Assembly (NCBI GenBank): GCA_050742255.1
Contig: JBOGHU010000024.1
Span: forward strand, 1-47,167
Origin: Acidimicrobiales bacterium
Lineage (GTDB): Bacteria; Actinomycetota; Acidimicrobiia; Acidimicrobiales; CADCSY01
DNA: 47,167 nucleotides
Reading direction: 5' to 3'
Positions 18,012 through 26,197 of the stretch are shown in pieces. The notes under the pieces were generated by a model. It searched no databases, had not been told where the DNA came from, and saw only the letters and a program-made list of their open reading frames with translations. Position numbers and translations under genes: made by a program. How positions within the stretch are numbered: the stretch's first letter is position 1; every line of letters starts with the position of its first letter.

Positions 18012-19585
18012 CTGTCCTCCTCGTCACCGGCCCGGACGACCGCGTCGAGCAACGCGTCGACGTCGTGGGTCTGGGCCCTCGGGTTGAGCAGCGTGAGCTT
18101 CAGCTGAACGGTGGGCCGGCCCTGGGCGTCGTCGACCGTGGTCCGCCCTATGAGCACCGCCCCGCTGCGCATCAGCCGGCGGCGCAGCCCCGCGTTCAAG
18201 GCGTCGACCCGATCGGGGGCGAGGGCGAGGTGGCGGCGAGGCAGGTAGCGGAAGACGACCGTGGTCGGCAGCGCCCCCGAGGTCAGCTCCAGGCGGGGGT
18301 GGGCGCGGACCCGTCGCCCGGCGTAGCTGGCCAGGTCGTGGCAGGTGTCGAGCAGCGCTCCGAGGCCTCGGCGGCCGAGCACGAGGAACGTGGCGGCCAC
18401 CTTCAGCGCATCGGCGCGACGGGTCGTGGCCAGCGACCGGTTGAGCAGCCCGTCGTAGCCTTCGGCTCCGTCGTCGCACGGGTTCAGATAGGCGACCCTG
18501 CGGCCGTGCTCGTCGAGGTCGGCGGCGTGACGCACCAGCAGGGCGCTGGCGGCGGCCGGCTGCCAGGCGGTCTTGTGCAGGTCGAGCGTGATGGTGTCGG
18601 CGGCGTAGAGCCCGGCGAGCAGAGGGCGCAGGCGATCCGAGAACAGCGCCCCACCCCCGTAGGCGGCGTCGACGTGCAACCGCACCCCGTGCCGACGGGC
18701 GACCTCGGCTATCTCGGGAAGCGGGTCGACCGAGCCGAAGTCGGTCGTGCCGGCGGTCGCGACCACGGCCAGGGGCAAGGCGTCCTCCCCGAGGCCGCCG
18801 ATGGCGGCTTCCAGGGCGTCGGCTCGCATCCGCCACCGGTCGTCGACCGCAACCGGCATCACCGCGTCCTCTCCGAGCCCGAGCACGCCGCAGGCCTGGG
18901 CGACGGAGAAGTGCGCCACCCGGGAGCAGAGCACGACCGCCCTGCGGCCCAGGCCGCTCACCCCGGTGGCGGGGACGTCCCGGGCCAGGCGGGTGCGGGC
19001 GGTGACGTCGCGAGCGAGCAGGAGCCCATGGAGGTTGGACGCAGTGCCGCCGGAGGTCAGGACACCGCCGGCCTTGCCGCCGTAGCCGGCGAGGTCGGTC
19101 AGCGCGCTCACGACGTGGCGCTCCAGCTCGACGGCGTAGGGGCCGCTGTCCCAGGTGTCGACCGAGGCGTTGAAGACGTTGGCCAGCAGGTCGGCGGCGG
19201 CGGCGACCGTGAGGGCAGGCGGCTGCAGATGGGCGGCGGCGGCGGGGTGGGACAGGTCGACGGTCCCTTCGGCGTAGCGCCGAGCGAGGGAGAGCAGGGC
19301 GGCCGCACCGCCTCCGCGGTCAGGCAGGACGGCTCCCAGGTCCGTGGCCACGCGCTGGGCCAGGGCGGCGGGGCTGGCGCCCGGGAGCGGCCCTCTCCGC
19401 CGACGAAGCCCGGTGGCGGCCGCCGCCGTCACCGCACCGACCAGCCGGGCGACGCCGGCCAGGCCGGCGGGGCCACCGGCGAGCAGGCCTTCTTCGAGGA
19501 GGATGTCGTCCGTCCAGGGGGACGGTGGGCTGGCCGAGGAGTCCCTCGTGCTGGGCTCGAGCACGGCCCCGAGACGAGTCACCAA
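18008..19585 (-). CDS. PLP-dependent group II decarboxylase (diaminobutyrate/lysine/ornithine decarboxylase; RhbB/DesA-like)
   Basis: ORF 18008..19585 is intact at 525 aa. It has the PLP-lysine context TLDLHKTAWQP and GGTASNLHGLLLAR. The stop overlaps the next gene start (GTGA). Confidence 0.85.
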   Translation of the reverse strand: MVTRLGAVLEPSTRDSSASPPSPWTDDILLEEGLLAGGPAGLAGVARLVGAVTAAAATGLRRRRGPLPGASPAALAQRVATDLGAVLPDRGGGAAALLSLARRYAEGTVDLSHPAAAAHLQPPALTVAAAADLLANVFNASVDTWDSGPYAVELERHVVSALTDLAGYGGKAGGVLTSGGTASNLHGLLLARDVTARTRLARDVPATGVSGLGRRAVVLCSRVAHFSVAQACGVLGLGEDAVMPVAVDDRWRMRADALEAAIGGLGEDALPLAVVATAGTTDFGSVDPLPEIAEVARRHGVRLHVDAAYGGGALFSDRLRPLLAGLYAADTITLDLHKTAWQPAAASALLVRHAADLDEHGRRVAYLNPCDDGAEGYDGLLNRSLATTRRADALKVAATFLVLGRRGLGALLDTCHDLASYAGRRVRAHPRLELTSGALPTTVVFRYLPRRHLALAPDRVDALNAGLRRRLMRSGAVLIGRTTVDDAQGRPTVQLKLTLLNPRAQTHDVDALLDAVVRAGDEEDR

Positions 19586-19592
19586 GGCGAGG

Positions 19593-19622
19593 AGAGTAGG
19601 TAAGGTCCGCTGAATCCGTCAA
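19593..19622 (-). promoter_or_regulatory. Candidate promoter of the siderophore biosynthesis operon, probably leaderless
   Basis: The minus strand reads TTGACG (19622-19617), an 18-nt spacer, TACTCT (19598-19593), then 7 nt to the TTG start at 19585. There is no Shine-Dalgarno sequence. This is the only AT-rich stretch in the region. Confidence 0.35.
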
Positions 19623-19664
19623 GCTCGGTATACCTAATATCATCTCTGAGGAGAGGCGAATACC

Positions 19665-20960
19665 ATGCGGCGAAGGCTCGTCCGGGCCGCCTACCGTGCT
19701 CGGGAGGGAGGGGGCTTGGTGAAGGGCGTCGATGGAAGGGGCAGGCGCGCTCTCTTGACGGCCAGGCGAGCAGCTCGGTCGGCCCGCCACGTCGGGGGCC
19801 AGGTCAGGTCACGGCGCCCTCCCGCCCGGGCGCAGGGCGGCCGGTTGGTCACGCCCGGCTTCCTCCTGATCATGGCGGCCACCTTCGCCTACTTCCTCGG
19901 CATCGGCGCCCTGCTGCCCACGGTGCCCCGCTACACGGCGGGTCCTCTGGGCGGGGGGAGCCTGGCGGTCGGAGTCGTGGTCGGGTCGTTGAGCCTGACC
20001 GCCGTCGTGCTGCGCCCGTGGGCGGGATGGGTGGCCGACCGACGAGGCCGCCGGCTGCTGATGGTCGCGGGGGCGGCCCTGGTGGGCGTCTCGGTGGCGT
20101 CCTACGTCGTCGCCCGCTCCCTCGCCGTCCTGGTGCCGCTGCGCCTCGTCACCGGTGCGGGTGAGGCGCTCTTCTTCGTGGGGGCTGCCAGCGCCATCAA
20201 CGACATCGCTCCGGACGCCCGACGAGGAGAGGCGACCAGTTACTTCTCCCTCTCCCTCTACGGAGGCCTGGCGGCGGGACCGGCGATCGGCGAGCTCGTG
20301 CTCGCCGGTGGTCGCTACGGCGCCGTGTGGCTGGTGGCGGCGGGCGGCGCCTTGGTCTCAGCGTTGCTCGCGGCCGGCGTGCGAGAGCCCCGCCCCACCG
20401 AGCCGACCCCTTCGCCGTCGAGGCGGCTCGTGCACCCGGCCAGCCTCCCGGCCCGGGACCGTGCTCCTGGCCAGCGTGTGGGGCCTGGCTGCCTTCACCG
20501 CCTTCGTGCCGCTCTACGCCCTTGATCTCGGGCTCGGGGGCTCCCGCGCCATCTTCGTCGTGTTCTCCGTGACCGTCCTGGTCATCCGCAGCGTCGGTGC
20601 TCGAATCCCCGACCGGCTGGGCTTCCACCGGTCGGCTCGGACGGCGCTGGCGTGCTCGGCTGCCGGCTTGGCCACGATGGGCCTGTGGCGGGCGCCGGCG
20701 GGCCTCTTCGCCGGAGCCGGGCTGTTCGGCCTCGGCCAGTCCCTGGCCTTTCCCGCCCTCCTCTCCCTGGCGGTGAGGAGCGCACCGCCCCACGACCGCG
20801 GGTCGGTCGTGGGGACTTTCACGGCCTTCTTCGACCTGGGGTTCGCGGTCGGATCCGTGACCCTGGGAGCGGTGGCCGCTGGCTTGGGCTACGCAGGGAC
20901 GTTCGTGGTCGCGGCCGGGATCACGTTGTCCGGCCTGCTCGTGCTGTCGGGGCGCGGGAT
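19665..20960 (+). pseudogene. MFS transporter (putative siderophore exporter), frame-disrupted and with an undefined 3-prime end
   Basis: TM1-6 are in ORF 19665..20525 (FLLIMAATFAYFLGIGALLPTVPRY...). TM7-12 are in ORF 20155..21540 (GTVLLASVWGLAAFTAFVPLYALDLG...). The junction lies near 20445-20460. ATG 19665 follows GAGGAG, and alternative starts are TTG 19845 and ATG 19872. No stop codon occurs in any forward frame between the last TM helix (about 20950) and 21198. Confidence 0.65.
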
Positions 20961-21022
20961 GCCCCGGCCCGGGTTCCTGTGCGGTCCACCCCGACAGAGC
21001 CGCTCGACCGCACGGAAACCGG

Positions 21023-23797
21023 CTACGACCGCTCCGGCGCCCCGCGGCCTGGGGGGCGAACCCCCGTGGCGGAGACGCCCCCGTCCGCGAGGGCGGCGGC
21101 GATGGTCTGCCCCGCCGGTCGAGCTGCGCCGACAGCACGGGAGTGGTCGAACGTCTCTCGGGTCAGGGCGTTGCGCACCGTGGCCAGCGTCTCCTCGTAA
21201 CCGGCCGGGTGGGCGGGCGGGAGCAGCATGCCGACCTGCACCCGGACGGCCTCGCGTGCACCGTCCAGCTCGGCAGCACGCTCGTGGTGCCCGCGCCGGG
21301 CAGCCACCCCCGCCAGGCCTTCCAGGCACCAGGGCAGGTACATCAGGTTGCCGATGGCATGGAACCCCGTCGCTGCCTCGGCGAACAGCTCCCGCGCCCG
21401 CGCGACGTCGTCGTCGGCGAGCTCGACGTGGCCCAGCAAGGTCAACGACATGGCCGAGCTCCAGCGGTCGTCGTATCGCCGGGCCAGCGTCAGGCTCTCC
21501 TCCAACAGCGTGCGGGAGCGCGCCACGTCGTCAAGGTTGAGGACGGCGGACCCGAGACCGGCTAGGTCTCTGGCCAGGCGGTGCTCGTCCCCCCGGTCAC
21601 GGTCCAGCGCCAGGCACTCCTCGAAGATGCTCGACGCACGCTCGTGCTCGCCTCGGAAGAGCGCGACGTTGCCCGACAAGAAGAGCATCTCGGCGGTCTG
21701 ACCGGTGTCGCCGAGGGTTCGGGAAAGGCCCAGCGCCTCGGTCCCGAGCGCCTCGGCTCGCTCGTACGCGCTCGCGTTGAGGGCTTGCCATGCCACGAGG
21801 AAGAGCGCCCGCGCCAGGATGTCTTGGTCCCCGAGCTCCCTCGCCACGGCCAGGCCCTCCTCCGCGAGGGCACACGCGGGGGCTGCATCGCTGGTGAACA
21901 TCGCCGCGTAGGCCAAGCCGAGCAGCGCCGTGGCCTCACCGGGCCGATCTCCGGCCGACCGCGCCAGGCGGAGCGCCGCCCGGTGATCCCGTGCCGAGTC
22001 GACGTAGCGGTCCTGCTCGCGTGCGAGCAGGCCCTGCACGTTGAGGGCGGCGACGAGGTCTGACGGCCCTCCCTGGTCGCGGCCGAGGGCCACGGCGAGC
22101 TCGCAGTGCCTCGCCGCTTCGTCGTGGGCAGCCTGTTCGATCGCCAGTGTCGCCGCCCCGACGAGCGCATTGACACGTGTGGACGGGGCGATGGTGCCGG
22201 TGGCGACGGGGCGCTCCAGCGCGTCGCGCAGCCACTGACGTCCTTCGCTGAGATGACCCCGCCGATGCCAGAAGCGCCAGAGGACGCTGGCCAGGCGCAG
22301 CGCCGTCGCGCCGTCACCTTGCTCCGCCGCCCAACCCAGGCCGGCCCGCAGGTTGCCGTGCTCGCGGTCCAGTCGTGCCAGCCCGGCCGCCGCGTCCGGT
22401 CCACCGAGTGCCGGCTCTGCCTCCTCCGCGACGCTCAGATAGTACGCCACGTGCCGCTGCCGCACGGCTTCGGCCTCGGCCTGCGCCTCCAGCTGCTCGA
22501 GCCCGTACTCGCGGATGGTCTCGAGCAGGGTCAGGCGCGGCGCTCCAGGCCTGCTGCCGGGGCCTCCCCGTGCGAATGCCTCCTGTACACGGACCAGGCT
22601 GCTGTCCACCAGCGCGGTCAGCCCGTCCAGCAGGGCCGGCCCGCCCGCCTCCTCTCCACACACCATCTCCGCCCCCTCCAACGTGCAGCCGCCCACGAAC
22701 ACGCACAGCCGGCGGAAGAGCGCCTGTTCTGATCCCTCCAGCAGGTCGTAGCTCCAGGCGATCGCATCCCGCATGGTCTTCTGACGGGCCGGCAGATCAT
22801 GGGGCCCGCCGACCAGGAGCGGCAACCGCCGGTCCAGTCGATCGAGCAACGCCGGCGGCGGCAGCAGCCTCGCCCGGGCCGCAGCCAGCTCGATGGCCAA
22901 GGGCAGGCCGTCGAGCCGGCGACAGACCTCGGCCACGACAGGCATCGTCTCGGCGTCCAGCCGCAGCTCTGTCCCGGCGGCACGCGCCCGCTCCAGGAAC
23001 AGCTCCACGGCCGGCGATCGTGCCAGGGCCTCCGGCGGGTCGGCCGGGCCGGGCAGGGCAAGGGGAGCGATCGGGTACTCGCGTGCACCCCGCACGCGCA
23101 GCGCGACCCGGCTCGTCGCCAGGACGACCACACCCGGACAGGCCTCCAGCAGGGCGCGCACCGCGTCGCCTGCAGCGAGGACGTGCTCGAAGTTGTCCAG
23201 CAACAACAGCAGCCGCTTGCCTCGCAGTGACGCGGTCACGCGGTCGAGCAGCGGCGTGGCGTCCCACTCGTCCACCCCCAGCTGCTGGGCGAGGGAGCCG
23301 AACACGAGCGTCGGGTCGCGCAAGGGCGCGAGGTCGACGAAGATGACCCCGTCGGTGAAGTCGTGCGCTGAGCGCCCTGCCACCTCGATGGCGAGGCGGG
23401 TCTTGCCCACCCCGCCCGGTCCCGTCAGCGTGAGCAGCTGGGCATCGCCCCGGAGCTCGACCAGCGCGGCGGCGACGCTGGCGCGGCCTATCAGTGGCGT
23501 GAGCGGCCGCGGCATGACCGGCCTCGGTGGCGCCGTGACCGGAGCGGTGGCGCCCGCAAGGTCGCCCGGCTGCGCTGCCGCCAGGAGACCCACCCGTACG
23601 TCGGGGGCGACGCCCAGCGCGTCGGCGAGCAGCGTCACGGTCCCGAGTCGCGGGGTGCGGTGGGGATCTCGCTCCAGGTCGCTGACCGCCTTCGGGCTCA
23701 GCCCGGCGCGCTCGGCGAGGGCCTCCTGGGTCAGGCCCGCCGCCAGACGCTGGCGCTTCAGCAGCGCCCCAAACCTCATCGCCTCCGGGCTCGGCAT
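21023..23797 (-). CDS. XRE-type HTH - NB-ARC/STAND ATPase - TPR regulator
   Basis: Lies within ORF 21023..24010. HTH LKRQRLAAGLTQEALAERAGLSPKAVSDLER, P-loop GPGGVGKTRLA, Walker B LLLLDNFEH, and long TPR-like repeats to the C-terminus. The start is ATG 23797 or 23779. Confidence 0.8.
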   Translation of the reverse strand: MPSPEAMRFGALLKRQRLAAGLTQEALAERAGLSPKAVSDLERDPHRTPRLGTVTLLADALGVAPDVRVGLLAAAQPGDLAGATAPVTAPPRPVMPRPLTPLIGRASVAAALVELRGDAQLLTLTGPGGVGKTRLAIEVAGRSAHDFTDGVIFVDLAPLRDPTLVFGSLAQQLGVDEWDATPLLDRVTASLRGKRLLLLLDNFEHVLAAGDAVRALLEACPGVVVLATSRVALRVRGAREYPIAPLALPGPADPPEALARSPAVELFLERARAAGTELRLDAETMPVVAEVCRRLDGLPLAIELAAARARLLPPPALLDRLDRRLPLLVGGPHDLPARQKTMRDAIAWSYDLLEGSEQALFRRLCVFVGGCTLEGAEMVCGEEAGGPALLDGLTALVDSSLVRVQEAFARGGPGSRPGAPRLTLLETIREYGLEQLEAQAEAEAVRQRHVAYYLSVAEEAEPALGGPDAAAGLARLDREHGNLRAGLGWAAEQGDGATALRLASVLWRFWHRRGHLSEGRQWLRDALERPVATGTIAPSTRVNALVGAATLAIEQAAHDEAARHCELAVALGRDQGGPSDLVAALNVQGLLAREQDRYVDSARDHRAALRLARSAGDRPGEATALLGLAYAAMFTSDAAPACALAEEGLAVARELGDQDILARALFLVAWQALNASAYERAEALGTEALGLSRTLGDTGQTAEMLFLSGNVALFRGEHERASSIFEECLALDRDRGDEHRLARDLAGLGSAVLNLDDVARSRTLLEESLTLARRYDDRWSSAMSLTLLGHVELADDDVARARELFAEAATGFHAIGNLMYLPWCLEGLAGVAARRGHHERAAELDGAREAVRVQVGMLLPPAHPAGYEETLATVRNALTRETFDHSRAVGAARPAGQTIAAALADGGVSATGVRPPGRGAPERS

Positions 23798-23921
23798 ACG
23801 GGCGAACCGCCAAACATCCAGGAAACGGACAGGACTCGGGGAGCGCTCGACCTGGTCAGCCGACCGGGCGCCCCACACCATGAGACCAGACCGCAGGCCG
23901 AGAAGACAAGGAGACCGAGCC

Positions 23922-24386
23922 ATGTCCCCCGAAGAGCTGAAAGCTCGTGCCCGGCGACTCGCAGAGGAGGTGTTCAACCAGGGCGACCTCGCTGTCGCCG
24001 ACGAGCTCATCTCCCCCGATTACATCCACCATGTCCCCGGCGACCAACCGGCGCACGGGCTCGCAGGCATCAGGGAGTGGGTGACGCTCATGCGCCTCAC
24101 GTTCCCCGACTTCCACGTGATCGTCGAGGACGAGATCGCTGAAGGTGACCGGGTCGTGCAGCGGGTCACGGCCCGCGGCACCCACGAGGGGGAGCTCTTC
24201 GGCGTGCCGGCGACCGGCAAGGAGGTCGCCTTCGATGTGATCGAGATCAACCGTGTCGGGCCGGACGGGAAGTTCGCTGAGCACTGGTCCTCGGTCGACC
24301 TGCTCGGCCTGCTCCAGCAACTCGGCGCCCTCCCGACACCAGCGCCCGTCGAGGCCTGGCCCGCGACCCGGACAAGGAGCACCTGA
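23922..24386 (+). CDS. SnoaL-like polyketide-cyclase-fold protein (predicted ester cyclase family)
   Basis: C-terminal part of ORF 22893..24386. The ATG at 23922 follows AAGGAG. Typical sequence: EVFNQGDLAVADELISPDYIHH....FPDFHVIVEDEIAEGDRVV.R....GTH.GELFGVPATGK. Confidence 0.8.
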   Translation: MSPEELKARARRLAEEVFNQGDLAVADELISPDYIHHVPGDQPAHGLAGIREWVTLMRLTFPDFHVIVEDEIAEGDRVVQRVTARGTHEGELFGVPATGKEVAFDVIEINRVGPDGKFAEHWSSVDLLGLLQQLGALPTPAPVEAWPATRTRST

Positions 24387-24388
24387 CC

Positions 24389-25132
24389 ATGACCACCACC
24401 GACCAGCCCGGGCGCACCGCCGCCACGCCCACCGACCCGCGACGTTCCTGGATCCGTCTCCTGGTGTGGGCCGTCGCCGTCAGCGCCGGCGTCGACCTGG
24501 CTGTGATGGCGCTGCTGGGCGAGGTGATCCCGCCGGTCGCGGCCGGCGCCGTCATCTCGTTCGTCGGGATCGCCCTGCTGGGCCGCTGGCCTGGCGCCGG
24601 GATCAGACTGCTCGTCGCTGTCAGCGCCCTGCTGGTGCTGACGAGCGCCCCGTTCGCCCTGCCCCTCGTGGGCCATCCCGAGTCCGCGGTCGGCTTCGGC
24701 CAGGCCGTGATCCATCTCGGGGGCCGCCTGGTCGCGATCGCGGCGGCGGTCGGCGCGTGGCGGCACGGCTCCCCCGTCATCGCCCGCCGACTGGGGCGGC
24801 TGGCGGCTGGACTGTTGGCTGCGACGGTGATCATCGGCGTCGTCGGCACGGCGCTGACCACCAGCGACACTCCGGCCCACGGTGACGTCAGGGTCGCGGT
24901 GAGCGACTTCGAATTCCCCGCCGAGGTTCGGGTGGCCAGCGGCAGCAGCGTGTTCGTCGAGAACGGCGACGTGATCCGCCACACCTTCAGCGTGGAGGGC
25001 GCCGACCTGTCCCGCGAGCTCCCGGCGGGCACGGGCGTGCGGCTCAGGATCGCCCTCGATCCCGGGACCTACCGGCTGTTCTGCAACGTGCCGGGCCACG
25101 GGTCAATGGAGGGAGCCCTGGTCGTCTACTGA
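24389..25132 (+). CDS. Membrane-anchored cupredoxin (four predicted TM helices plus a C-terminal type-1 copper domain)
   Basis: ORF 24389..25132. The N-terminal two thirds are hydrophobic. The C-terminal domain has candidate ligands His (VIRHTF) and C-x4-H-x2-M (YRLFCNVPGHGSMEGALVV), as in blue copper proteins. Confidence 0.75.
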   Translation: MTTTDQPGRTAATPTDPRRSWIRLLVWAVAVSAGVDLAVMALLGEVIPPVAAGAVISFVGIALLGRWPGAGIRLLVAVSALLVLTSAPFALPLVGHPESAVGFGQAVIHLGGRLVAIAAAVGAWRHGSPVIARRLGRLAAGLLAATVIIGVVGTALTTSDTPAHGDVRVAVSDFEFPAEVRVASGSSVFVENGDVIRHTFSVEGADLSRELPAGTGVRLRIALDPGTYRLFCNVPGHGSMEGALVVY

Positions 25133-25195
25133 CAGCCGTCACCGTCACACGCCAGCCCCGACAGCCCGATCCGACCGAACAGGAGACGAACGAAC

Positions 25196-26197
25196 ATGGG
25201 CACGACCGATCCATCGACCTTGCGTGGCACCCACGAGGCTCCGGCCACCCGTTGGACGTCAGGCGCGCCCACCTCGTTCGTCCGGACCGCAGGCCTGTCA
25301 TGCCTGGTCGGCGCCCTCATCGGCGTGGTCAGCGCGCTCGTCACGGCCTTCATCCCACCCTCCGTCTCGTCGGAGCGGTACAGCTATCCGTACACACCGA
25401 CTGGCTTCGTCATGGCCGAGATGGTCTTCATCGTCAACCACGTGCTGCTGCTCGTGGGGATGCTCGGTCTGGCCCGTTCCGGCGCCGTCGGTACCGGCCG
25501 CCTCGGGCGCACCGGCCTGTGGATCTCGATCAGCGGGATGGCCGCGCTCACGCTGTGCGAGGTACGTGCGGCGAGGTTGGCCAATGATCCCTACCCCTCG
25601 CCGAGCACCGATGCCCTCGAAGGTCTCTTCGGTGTCGCTTCGGTCCTCATCGGCCTCGGCCTGGTGCTCGCAGGCATCGCGGTCGTGCGAGCGCGCCATT
25701 GGGCCGGCTGGCACCGGTTCGTGGCGCTGACCTGCGGCGTCGCCGTCTTCGTCATCGTGATCCCGGGCGTCTTCGGCCCCTTCCTCGCCGGCCGCCTGGT
25801 CCTCGCTGTCTGGATGCTGATGTTCGCGGCGCTCGGGGCGGCCCTGCTCCGGGCGCTCCCGTCGCGGCGGCCCTGCTCTCCGGTCACTCGACGTCGGTGG
25901 GCGACGCCGGACGACCGGAGAACAGGACGGCCTGAGCCGCAAGGCGCGCTCAGGGCCGCCATGGGTGGTCCCGTCGCGGATGCGCCGTTACAGTCTGGGC
26001 GCCACAGCCTGCTCGCCCGATCGGAGCAGGCCGGCAAGGGGGAGTCTCATGCGCGAGGAGTTGCGGGTCGAGGTCCGGCCCTTCGGCCCGAGCCCGGAGG
26101 CCCTCGGCCAGTTGGCGGCACGGCTGACCGACCATCCGCTCGTGCGCGAGACGCTCGGCCGGGCACGCCACCGGGTGCTGGGCTGGGACCTGGTTGA
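25196..26197 (+). CDS. Polytopic membrane protein of unknown function, 3-prime end doubtful
   Basis: ORF 25196..26197, with its ATG after AGGAGA. About 6 hydrophobic helices up to about 25860. The remaining 110 aa are R/P-rich and overlap the next gene by 149 nt. An alternative frame ends at 25935. Confidence 0.5.
   Translation: MGTTDPSTLRGTHEAPATRWTSGAPTSFVRTAGLSCLVGALIGVVSALVTAFIPPSVSSERYSYPYTPTGFVMAEMVFIVNHVLLLVGMLGLARSGAVGTGRLGRTGLWISISGMAALTLCEVRAARLANDPYPSPSTDALEGLFGVASVLIGLGLVLAGIAVVRARHWAGWHRFVALTCGVAVFVIVIPGVFGPFLAGRLVLAVWMLMFAALGAALLRALPSRRPCSPVTRRRWATPDDRRTGRPEPQGALRAAMGGPVADAPLQSGRHSLLARSEQAGKGESHARGVAGRGPALRPEPGGPRPVGGTADRPSARARDARPGTPPGAGLGPG

Noticed and set aside
8585-20460. 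Programmed ribosomal frameshifting or transcriptional slippage as the explanation for the many frame changes in the siderophore genes.
   Set aside because: The sites are short G/C runs or non-repetitive sequence with no slippery heptamers or long A/T runs. The shifts go in both directions, and several genes would need two or three events. Mutation or sequence error is far more parsimonious.
20960-21540. Continuation of the MFS reading frame (ORF 20155..21540) for about 190 codons beyond the last TM helix.
   Set aside because: The extension is Arg/Pro-rich and runs antisense through the 3-prime end of the well-supported regulator gene (21023..23797). It exists only because no stop codon occurs in any forward frame until 21198.
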